Origin: Lama guanicoe
Taxonomy: Eukaryota
Assembly (NCBI GenBank): GCA_013239625.1
Contig: MU054323.1
Span: forward strand, 2,046,001-2,110,000
Direction: 5' to 3'
DNA length: 64,000 nt
Shown here piece after piece: positions 37,740-49,268 of the stretch; position 1 is the first letter of the stretch; the number at the start of each line of letters is the position of its first letter. The notes under the pieces were generated by a model. That model was given only the letters and a program-made list of their open reading frames with translations, was not told the origin of the DNA and made no database searches. A program made the translations under genes and the position numbers.

Positions 37740-40700
37740 TTCATAACATTTTCTACTACTGTAAGATAAATATTTAATGTGCATAAAGTATATATGTAAA
37801 GTTTAATGAACGATTACAAAGGTAACATCTTGTGAAAACAGCATCCAGGTCAAGAAATAAGGCATTTACAGACCCTCAGAAGCCTGCACGGGCCCCTACC
37901 CAATCACAGCCTTCTTCTCCCTGACTGGGGGAGCCACTAGGTTAACTATAGTCATAATCATTTCTTTGTTTCCTTGAGAAGCCTTAATGACTTTAACGAC
38001 CTCTTCACTTTTCATTGTATTTGGAGATCTAGCTATGCTATTGCATGTGGCTGATGTTCATTTATTTTATTTTCTGTATAGAATTCCCCGGTACGAATAT
38101 AGCACAATTAACCATTGTACTGTTGGAGGACAGTCGGGTGTTTTCAGTTTACATTACTGTGGATATGCTTATAAGCGTCCCATAGTGCACACGTCCAAGA
38201 GTTTCTCTCATTTATATAGCAAGGAGTAGAAAGATTGGATTATAGAGTCCATGAACCTTCAGCTTTAGGCGATAATGCCAAACCTTTTCCCCCCCAAGTG
38301 ATTGCACCAGTTTACATTCCAACAAACAGTGAAGGAGAGTTTGCATTATTTCATATCCTACCAGAGTTGATATTGTTGAACTTAAAAAAACTGTTGACAT
38401 TCTGATTCATATTGTGGTCTCACTGTTCATTTTTCTGATTACCTCTAAGGTTGAACACATTTTCATAAGCTTATTGCCAATTTGGAAGGGCCTGTTCATA
38501 CCTTTTGACCATTTTTCGTATTAGGTTATTTGTCTTTTTTCTGAGCATTTATGTAATTCTTTACATATTCTGTTTGACAGTTGTATGTGCAGTAGATACT
38601 TTTTCTATTCTATGGCTTGAATTTTAACTCTTTTTATGCCATCTTTTTAACTATTATATCTTTGCCACATAGAAGTTCTTATTTTTAACATGGTTCAATT
38701 ACTTGCCTTTTCTTTCATTACTAAATCATTTTTTTATTCTAAGACCCTGAAGACATTCTCTTATTTTTTTAACCTCAAACATTTATATAGTTTTATGTCT
38801 CTTATGTTGGTCTTTTAACAATATGCACTATTTTTTATATATAAAGTGAGGAAGAGGCATGATTTCATTTTTCTATATGGTTAGTCAATCATTCAAGCAT
38901 ACTTTTTTTGAAAAGACCATATTTACATAAATGAGATAAAACGATACTTCTATGATAGTTCAAGAGTTTCTGTGTACATGATTCTGTTTCTGAGTTGTAT
39001 TGTTAGCTATTGGCTTGTGGTTCACCCTGCACCCATACTACATTGTCTTAATTCACAAAAAATATTGATTTCTTTTAAAATAAATACTCCCAGTCTAGAA
39101 TGTCTATATTACTGGTGTCCCTTTGCTTTTCCATGTACATTTTTTTAAAATATGGAAAAATATTTTTATTTTTTTATTTATTTAAATATTTATTTGTTAT
39201 CAAAGTATAGTTGATTTACAGTGTATGGCAAATTGATTCGGTTATATATATATATAAATATGTATTCTTTTTCACATAGAAAACAAATCTATGGTTACCA
39301 AAGGGGAAAGGGTTGGGGGAGAGATGAATTTGGAATTTGGGATTAGCAGGTGCACACTACTATATATAAAATAAACAACAAGGACCTACTATATAGCACA
39401 GGGAACTTTATTCAATGTCTTGTAGTAACCTATAATGAAAAAGAATATGAAAATGAATATATGTATGTATATGTACGACTGAAACATTATGTGTACACCA
39501 GAAATTGACACAACACGTAAACTGATTATACTTCAATACAGAAGATGTAAATTAAAAAATAGTGCTGCTGTGAACATTGGGGTGTGTTCTACATACATTT
39601 TTAAAACAGTTTGTCAATTTACACACACTAATGAACACTCACATATCCCTCTTTTAGGATTTTGTTCGACCTTGCATTGAATCTATAAATCAATTGGGAA
39701 AAACTGTTGGGAAAAATTGACATCTTTCAAATATTTAATCTTCCGAATATCATAAACAAAGCCTTACCTTTCAATTACTTGGGTCTTCTGCAATAACTGT
39801 TACCTAAGTTTAATAATTTTTTTCTGTTAAATCTTGCCCAACTTTTGCAAGTTTTATTTCTAGATATTTTATATTTTCTGATATTATAAATGATAGAATT
39901 TAAAACTTTTATTATCTATTGATTTATTATAGGTAAACTTATATGTATTTATACATAGTATCTATAGGATAAAAACCATAGCAATGATTTACAGGTAAAC
40001 ATTTCTATTTGATTCCAGCAACTTTGATTTGTTATAATTTATCTGAATATTCTTTTGCATTTTCACATATATAATTATTTCTTCAGCCAATAAAGAGATT
40101 TTTTCTTTCTTATCTAATATTTAATATTTGCACGTCTTTCTATTGCTTTATCATACAGTTTATGACATTCAGTACAGTGTTGAACAATAGTGTTAATAGT
40201 AGCCATCCTTGTCTTGGTGAGAAACTCAGAGAAGATAATTAATGGTTAGAAACTCAACCATCAATGATAATATTTGTAACAAGGTTTTTGTTAATATAAA
40301 CCCTTGTTAAAATTAATGATATCCTCTTTGACTTCTATTGCTAAGATTTTTTAACAATAAATTGTTCATGTTAAGTAGTATCCAATGTTGCTTGCTTTGT
40401 TTGTGGGTTTTTTTTTTTTTAGGTGGCCTTGGGTTTACTGATTACTGAAGTTGATTAATAAAAGATGTGTTCAAATCTCCCTCTAGGATTATAAATTTAC
40501 TTATTCCAGTAACTTTGTCAGTTTTAGCAAAATATATTTTGAAGTTATATTACTGAAAACTTACAAATTTGAAATTGTTTTATTTTCTCAGTAAATAAAG
40601 AATTTTCTTGTTATGAAGGGACCCTATTTAAATTTTATATATATATTTCCCTATAGTTTACTTTGTCAACCACTATTAGAGCTGCACCAGCTTCTTTGGG

Positions 40701-42720
40701 CAGTACTTCTTTTCCATCTTTCTATTTTAAGTCATTTGTACTCTGTGGTTTAGATATGTGTCTTGTATATAGCTTGCACCTGGATACTTTCATTCTGTCC
40801 AATAATCTTTATGTTTGACATTAGAAAGTTTATTTTATTTATATATCATATTACAAATTTCGATTTATATACTTTATCTACTTTGGGCTTTTTTATTTGT
40901 TCTCCTATTTTAATTTTTATGGGAGAATTTGTGATTTTTTAAAATAATTTTCCTTTTTTAACTTCTGTAAATATACCATTTCTACAGTTTGAGTAATTAC
41001 CACTGAAATTAATGCATAATTCTTAAACTTAAAAGAGTCTAAAATTAATCAGTATTTTTACCCTCCCGCACAATGCATGGACTTTAGATCACAATTTACT
41101 CCAGTCACCTGCTTCTTAACGTCTCCGTTTATTTTTGTCTTGTAAACTCCACAGGCATTGCTGTAATTTTTACCCAGGCAGTGTTTGTTTAAATATTATC
41201 ACGCATTTCCACTTTTTCTGTTTTCATTCCGTGTTAAGTCTCAGACCTTCCACCTGGCGTCAGTTTCCTTCTTCCTGAAATAACATATTTTTCAGAATTT
41301 CCTTTATTGAAATCTGATTTGAAATCTGTTTTAATTTGCTTGAAAATGTCTTCACTTTTCCCTCATTTCAGAGAGGTGTGTCCTCCCCCACCCCAAGGCC
41401 CTGAACACACACAGAATGAAGATGCCGTTCTTCCGGTTTCTGCTCAGAGGTCAGGTAGTCTGCCGTTTGTTTAAACATACTGCCTCCCCTCCTCCCGTTA
41501 GCTCTTTTATCTCCCGGTTTGTGGTATTTGGCGTTTTTCTCTATGGTTAGGTTGGATTTTCTTTCCCTTGTTTTTGATTCATTGAATCTCTTGGATCGAA
41601 AGATGGGTGTCTTTTGCCAGTTCTGGAAAGTTCTAAGCTGTTATATCTTCAGATATTTCCCTTTATCGATTCTATGCGTACTCCCTGGAAGTCTGATTGG
41701 AAATAGGTAAGCCATTCACTTACTCCTCTATGTCTCCTGTCTTCTCTGTCACATTTTGTATCTCTTTGTCTATGTTATGTCCGAATATGTTCTTTCTAGC
41801 CTGTCTTACAGTTTACTAGTTATCTTTTTCAGCAGTTTCAAATCCGTTGTTAAATCTGATCATGGAGTTTTTCATTTCAAATCTTGCCTCTTTATCTCCT
41901 GCATTTTTATTTTTTGTTTTTTGATAAATCTGCTGTGTCATATTTTGACTTCCTGTTCTATAGATGCTCTCAAGATTTTCTTTTAACGGATGTAAACAAA
42001 GTAGGGATAATTATTCAAGCATCTTAGGTCTTTGTGAAACGGTTTCTATTGCCCCCCCTTTTTTTTTTCTTCTTCTTCTTTGCTGTTTGATTTTTACTGA
42101 GGGGTCTTCGTCTCCTTGGTATTTGGGAAATTACTTGAGGGCTTCTTCAAGGCTAGGATGATGGTGCGTTCCTTCCTGAAGTGTTGACGTTGGCTTCTGC
42201 TATTTGAACCTACATGATTTGAATATTTTTAATGGAGTAAATGTGAATTTGGATTGCCAGTATACGCTGGATATAATGTGTACTTACAACTTCTCAGAGA
42301 CTTTTCTTTCTTGGTTCCCAGGCATCTTTCTCTATGGTCCCCTCAGGGAAGGAAAGACACAGGTTTATTTTGGGAGATTAGGCAAAGCAGTTTTATTCCT
42401 GGTTGGATCCCAGCTTTATGGGCATGTGTTGCCTATTAGACTCTCCTCTTGCAAAGCTCGTACTATCTCTTCTGTCCTCTACATACTGTTTTTTAATTGG
42501 TTTCCCCAGTACCCTCAGGAAGAAAGCAGCTGTGGGGGTCCCCTCACCTCTCTGGGTTCCCGCGTTAAGATTTTGGCCAGATAATGTATCACATATTATC
42601 AGTTCTTTGGTGTTTGTAATACAAACGTTTATTTTATATAGCATTTTAGATCTTTGCAGAAGGAGAATATATTCAAATAACCTACTTCTTAATCCGAAAT
42701 TTTCTTATTTCTTGACATCT
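37740..42720 (-). mobile_element. Long, heavily decayed ancient L1 (L1M/L1ME-like), interrupted at 39145-39586
   Basis: T-rich; reverse-complemented L1 landmarks 'gtgattgcaccagtttacattccaacaaacagtg', 'ttgcattgaatctataaatcaattggg', 'agtacagtgttgaac...agccatccttgtcttg'. Confidence 0.75.
39145..39586. mobile_element. Composite L1 insertion: minus-strand L1 ends flanking a plus-strand L1 3'UTR
   Basis: Minus 3' end at ~39160-39273; plus 3'UTR at ~39274-39559; minus ORF2-end 'aatagtgctgctgtgaacattggggtgtg' to 39586; degenerate 16-bp TSD at 39129-39144 and 39587-39602. Confidence 0.8.
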
Positions 42721-44676
42721 TAGACGCGTTGGAGTAACCTCAGTGTTGTGGCTCTGGCTCTAATGATATATGAGGACCTGAGAGGAAAGGATGGCTGTTT
42801 TATATGAATTTCATAGTTTCTAACAATTACGACCAGAAAGTGATTCAGTCCCATGGTTTGTAAGTTTCATCGTTTTTTTTTTCTGATAATGAAAACAGTA
42901 TGAATTTATTTTTGATAAAAATATAAAAAACAAAACAAAATAAATGAGAAAATTGTTCATCAGCCAGAGAGATAAATCACTGTCTCACTGTTATTATTTT
43001 GATATTATATATACATACACATGTGAGAGTACATATATGTATAAATTGTATACATATATGTATATAAACATGTGTGTGCATATATTTATGTTTATAATAT
43101 TGGAAAATGTTAATCATGTCCTCACATCTATTTTCTAATTGAAGGATGTGTCGATTTCCTTACTGATTTAGATACAAATATTATGTATCATCAATCTACC
43201 ATGCCTTAGTCACCCTTTCTTCTATTTCTTTTTTTTTAATTTCTTGCTACAATAAATCAATATTTGGTACATAAATCTTGGCTCCCATTTATCATTATTT
43301 TCTCCAGAAACTTTTTTAGAAGAGAAATTGTTGAGAAATTGTTTCTAGATGTCTTGGAAGCCCGCAATATTTTCTGGCATATTAATATTTATTTCCACTA
43401 TAAACGGTAATCTTTTGTCATATGTGAATAAGAATACCTCCATCACACTAATGTGAGGCTGTAAGAATTAAATTGACAACCTTGTAAAACCCAGACACGT
43501 CCTCAGTAGCAAAAATTGCCCCCTTAGCATTGCTGTTACTCCAATTCCTGTTAACATAGTTGTACAGTTGTTACCAAATAGATCCAAAGTGATGAGATTG
43601 CCAAGAGTCTAAATGGCTCCTTTCCCTGTCTCACCCTTTGCCTCCCCACTCTTCTCCACCAGTCACTCATTCCTCACCCTCATTAATCATTTACACCATT
43701 AGTACAATTTTTTAATCATGAATTTGCAAATTGGTCTTCCTTCCTGCAGCTCAGAGCCCTATCTTTAGCTTGAAATTAAATAGTATTATTTGATTTGTTT
43801 ACAGTCGTCAGAGATGAAAACCCGCATTGCAGATTGCAAAGAATGAGGAAGAGGCCAGAGCACCTGGATTCCTAGTCACAGCCGCACCGTAACGTGTGGG
43901 TGATTTTGGACGAGCCATTCCATTGTGTCCTCTGTATTGTGGGAGACAGTAACACTTGTCCCGATGGCTCCTTGGGGCTGTTGTGAGAATCAGATTCAAT
44001 CTGGCTGAGAAGGTGCTCTAAGTGTACACAGACAGGGTGTGCACATTCAAGGTATTGTCTGTGGGAGCCAGACCCTAACTTCTGAGAACACGTTTCTGGG
44101 CTCTGTTCCCAGCTGCACATTCCCTTGGGTTGGTGATTGTGAGCAGAGCCCTTGAGGTTTGAGAAGCTCTGTTAGCACTGGAGTGCGAGGAGATGAGAGA
44201 GAAAAGATAATATTTCTTTCTCCATAGGGAACTTCCAGCATCTCTGAGGAAACAGAATGTCTTTTGATCAGAAAAGAGCAGAAAATATATTAACCATGGA
44301 ATGTCCACCAGTGAGACCGTGTCCGTGTATCTGCCCTTACAGGGGACAAGGAACCTTGACCAGTGACAGCAGGCTGGAAGTAATTTGGTGTGTTTCTGTG
44401 TGAGTCACTGGCTGCACCAACTGGGGGTCCAGCAGCAGATCTCCTCGGTGGGCTGCACCAGGACTCCCAGTGTCTTCCCAGAGGTAAACGGAGGACAGAC
44501 AATTCTGGAAGCTATAAAACAAAGTAAATAATCAAGTCCATTTACAAAATCTGGTGCCTACAGGACCAAGCAGGTGAACGTGTATGAGTCTGGCAAATGG
44601 GAGAGTATGTATTATTCAAAGGAAACTAGCCATTGTTCAGATGCAGCCTCTTGCAGCCATAGTGGATAGTGAGAAA

Positions 44677-44732
44677 GTGTGTGTGTGTCTGTCTGTGTGT
44701 GTGTGTCTCTGTGTGTGCGTGTGTGTGTGTGT
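44677..44732. repeat. Imperfect (TG)n microsatellite
   Basis: Read directly from the sequence. Confidence 0.9.
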
Positions 44733-47700
44733 GGTTAGAGTTTGGCAGTGGGGAAGGGCTTGGATAATCAGTGCGTCTATGGAAGCAGAGAAGCAGGAAC
44801 AGAAGCAGCAGTGGTGAATAATCTACGCCCACATGACTCTCTGCACTGAATTCTTTCAGGAGCTGCCCCTAAGCAGTGCCACCAAGAGTTAATATTCTTC
44901 CGAGGCCTAAATGTATCTCCCTGTGGGTGTTGGAGGGCCATTTTGTAGAAATACGGTTTTCAGAGCTACACGTACGCCTCTGTTTCAAAGGGACTGCCCA
45001 GGCCAACCATGATGGGGCCAAACAAAATACTCCCAAGAGCTGGATGCGATGTGTGTGTCCACCAGTTTGAGTCTTCTCTTCTTAAGGAAAGGAAATCTGC
45101 TCAAAATCAGCTTCTAAGGAGATGCTTCACCCTTATTTCAGTCATTTTGCTTCCTTCCTTTCTCTCTCTTCCTTGTCTTCTTGTCTTCCTCATTTTCCTC
45201 ACCTCCTCTGTTTTCTTCTCCTTTTTTCTTTTCTCTGTTGAGGAAGCCAGAGTTATATTTCCTTTCTCATGTCTCCTAACCCTGAATTCATAGCCACAGA
45301 CCCAGATCGCGTACGTTGAGCTTAAAGGAAGAGCCGGAAGCTGCCCCTCTAGAGAGGCCGAGGTAGGAAGGGACGATGAAGCTGGAAGTGACTTGCTCTG
45401 CGTGAGTCTAAGTGTCAATGTCTCTCATGTACTTTGATACTTCAGAAAGAATAACCAAACTCTTCAAAGTTCCCTCTGGATCTTCCTCTTTGAAGAGAAA
45501 TCTACTAAAAGCAGTGTTCGGAACCCTGGGATCGCAGAGGATGTCTCTGCCCCTGGACTTGCGTCATTTCCCAAAAGAAGGGGAGACAAACATTCCCGTG
45601 ACTCCCCCACCAAGATGGCCACAGAGAAACACGAGCCGAACACGACTGCACGTGCATGGCTAGGCTGCAGGGCAAAAACTTCCTCTAAGATTTCCCCTTC
45701 GACCACTGAGGAAACGTCCCTGGTTAGTGCCAAAGACAGACCCATCTTGCTTTGTGGAAGTAGCACGAGCGAAGCATAAACACACCTCCTTCTCCCAGAT
45801 GCTCCGGGCTCTGTTTACAGATTGAATCTCAGGATGTATATATTTGATGTTCTTATTCCGGGATATTAATGGCAAAATGAACTTGTCTGGTGATGGCTCC
45901 GTCACATTAATGTCTGATGGACGGTTCAGATGTGAAAGGTGCACGGGACGTCTGAGGACTCCGCGTCTGCTCCTCGGAGGCTGCAAGGCTGGAATGTGAA
46001 CTTGTTTAGAGTGAACCCAAATGGAGTCGATTTAACCCTGCAGGAGTGGAGTCATCTTAAATACCACAGCCCCAGAAGGCAGGGTCTTGGTAAATAGAAT
46101 AAAATGTGCAAAATATTTACCTTGTGATTAGCAATCTGCCTAATGCAGTCGGGCAGCATTTTTAGGAAGCTTTGTGAGTTTTAACCATTAATTCAAAATT
46201 TATAGCCAGTTCAGAGTTCAACTAGTGACGGGGCTCTGCGGGTTCATGCTAATAAGGACATGGGAAACCCTGTCTGTCTCACTGAGGAGACTCCAGAGCC
46301 CCAAAGTCAACCAAATCAAACCTCTACAACTGGTAGTAAAGAACAGTTCTGATAAAAAGGTTTATTTTAAGTTGAAAAATCGTTAGCAAAAGCAACTGTA
46401 TTTTTTTCTGGATCTTGCTTTGTAATAACCAGTTGAAAGCAAACATCAGAAGCAGGTGAATATGGATACAATTTTCATTATTTCTGGAATATTTAACTAA
46501 CTCTACAACTGCTCGAAAAAGATGAACTTTTTTTTTCCTCATGGTAAGTTTCTTTGTCTCGTGACCAGAAAAGAAAATAACAGAAATACTTCAGCTTTAA
46601 AAAAACCCATTCCAATTGACACAATGCCAAGAAGAGTTGAGACTCTTGCTTCACGCCCTTTTTAGTGGCCATTAAATCCAGAGCCCCTGTGTGCCCAACA
46701 CCATGTCAGGTACAAAGGACAGAGAGGTGACTCAGACATGAATGCTGCCCTTTGAAACTACCTTGTTCTTCAAGAGGCAGTAGCTGAGGTGTGCTCTCTG
46801 TGGGAATCTTTTTTTGTAAGACAAAGTGTCCCCCCAAGAAATGCTACCAACATCTTCCATCCCTGCTCATTCCTGACTCATACTAAAAAATGTGAGCTTG
46901 GGAAAAAAAAGAAAGAAAGAAAGAAAAATGAGAAGTAAATACATTTGACAATAAATTTGAGATCATAAACCTTGGGATTCTTTTTATAATACGGCGTACT
47001 TCAAAATCAGGCAGTTATTTTTCATTCGACATGGATTTAAAGGTAGCTCAAAGAAAACATAGGATTAACTGTAAGTAGTGGGAGAGCGAGTGGGAGCCAA
47101 ACTTCCAAATAAACACATCAGAGGCTTGGTCTAAAAAAAGGCAGAACACAAATAACCTCCTCTTGATGCGCCTACAGTTTCGTTTAACTGTTCCCAGGTC
47201 GTGAACTAATTTGCCAAAAAAGAGGTTAACTCCAGTGCAGCAAGGCGACGTTTCAGGAAACAGGTTTGTGCATGTGGCCTTTGGAGGCTGGGCCACTCGA
47301 GGCCCTGCTGGAGAAATGGCTCTCAGATGAGCACTTCTGCAAACTCTTTAGTGTAAGTTAGTGGCAGAACGGGCGATGCATTCGAAAGCGGGAGAATATG
47401 GGCCAGACACAGACTTGGCTGATACCCAAATGCTGAAGTCTCCAAATCAAAGACTTAGCCTTAACGAATCTGTTTTGAGAGGCTGTGTCATCTCGGGCAG
47501 CCCGCTTGCCTTCCTTCCGTGGCAAGGTGTCCTCCCTGTAAAACAAGGAGCAAGGATGAGCTCCTCTTTCAAGCCCCTCCCAGCACGCAGAGGTCCTTCC
47601 CCAAGGACTCAACACAGGAAGGCTGGCCTCTGCCCCCAGAAGCTTCCAATTGAACGAAAACAGTCAAGTAGCCAAAGTCCTGGGAGCTCAGCTGCAGACC

Positions 47701-47859
47701 GATTTCCATTCACGCTCATCTTTCAGAACCCTGGGACTGGAGGATGAGCGAAGCATTATATCATTTCCAGGCACAGACCTAAGTTCTTTCTTCAAGTCTC
47801 ATGATTTCTCCTCGAATTTTACACTTCATCATTTGCTGCCTCATCTGACCTAACTGAGT

Positions 47860-48047
47860 GAGTCTCCTGATTTTCACGTGTGTGGAAGCTCCCTGGGGAT
47901 TGGGGTAAACATGCACATTCTTGGGCCTTCCTTGTTTCCAAGGGCTCTCATTCTGCAGGTCTGGGCTGGGGCTGAGGCCAGGGGAAGGCGTGCTAAACAA
48001 GCACCCCAAGGACTCCCACGGCCCGCGCTTTGAGGAACGCTGTTCTA
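47860..48047. mobile_element. MER5-like hAT-Charlie element
   Basis: 'aaacatgcacattcttgggcc...tcattctgcaggtctgggctgggg...taaacaagcacccca...ctttgaggaacgctg'. Confidence 0.6.
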
Positions 48048-49248
48048 ACTGTTCTGAATTGGGGGTTCATCTCCTTCACGCACTCAGTCTCCCCGGGGGC
48101 CAAGGCCCCATCTGACTTTGCAACATAGCAGAGAGCAAGATGAAAGAAAGGGGCATGCCAGGTGTTCAATCACAGGCCATGTGTTCAACACAGTTCAAGG
48201 CGGAAGTGAATCAATGAAAGAGTAGAACGCACATAATCAGGAAGATCATTCTCACCGTCAACTACCAAGCACTAAAGTCTTGTACAACTCTTCAGGCGAC
48301 GCTGGAGAAGCCCCAGTGAGTGGGAGAGGGGGCACAAGGCAGACTCTGAGGGTGGGGCTCCATCGGGCCACCAGAAAATGTAGGCTGCCAGCAAAGGGAT
48401 ACAGCTTCTCCAGCAAACACATTTGTCCAGAGGGAATCCCTAAGCCGCCACTATATTTTAAGCTGCATCCCTCAAAATGTCAAAAGTGAGATTAAGTGTA
48501 ATGATCGTCAATTCACTCCTGTCCTCCTGGTACTGCGCTGAGCATCACAGCCCGTTTGGGGTTGTAGGGCAACGGGGGAGGAGGGGGTTGGGGACAGTCT
48601 TTAAATGTAACCGAATAGAGTGAGCTCCACTCTGTCTTGGGGGGATAAAGCAGTTCACAGGCTGCTACTTTTTTGTGACATAGCTTTTATGGGGGGAGAG
48701 CCAGAATATTAAGCTCATTGCTTCCAGATGGGGAGGTTGGACAAGACAGAGAGGCCTTGGCTCTGAAAGCCTGGACGCCGTGGTGCGATAGGGATGTGAC
48801 ATATTGAAGTAATCGAGATAGAAGATCTGGCTTTAGCCAAGGCTGTCAGATAGATACTTTTTAAAACATTACATGGTTTGTAACAAGGTATTGTGTATCC
48901 TCCCAGAAACCCTGCCGCCTCAGTCTCTGGGAAGGCGGTGGGGGGAAAAGTGTGCTTATTTTGCTTGAGTTACTAAAGCTCCTTTTATATATGAGGAATT
49001 TGGCATCTCTTGGCTGGGAGCGGCTGAGCCAATAGTCCGATGCACTTGTAATGTAGATCATGCTAGTGACTCGCTAAGTAAGTCCAGGTGCTTGCATAAG
49101 AGGCAGGGTCCTAAGCACTCCCTTATTTGAGCCCTGAAGCAATCATGGCCCGGTGCCTCAAATGAGCCTCAAATCTGTTTAATAAATCATCTGTCTATTT
49201 ATAGAGTTAATCCCAAGGAGAAATCCTTCAGGTTGTCTGGTGGGGCCT

Positions 49249-49268
49249 CGTCCACCAGAGGGCGCCCA
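49249..49268 (+). promoter_or_regulatory. Near-consensus CTCF binding motif
   Basis: CCACCAGAGGGCGC at 49252-49265 matches the core CCASYAGRKGGCRS at all positions and retains its CpG. Confidence 0.65.
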
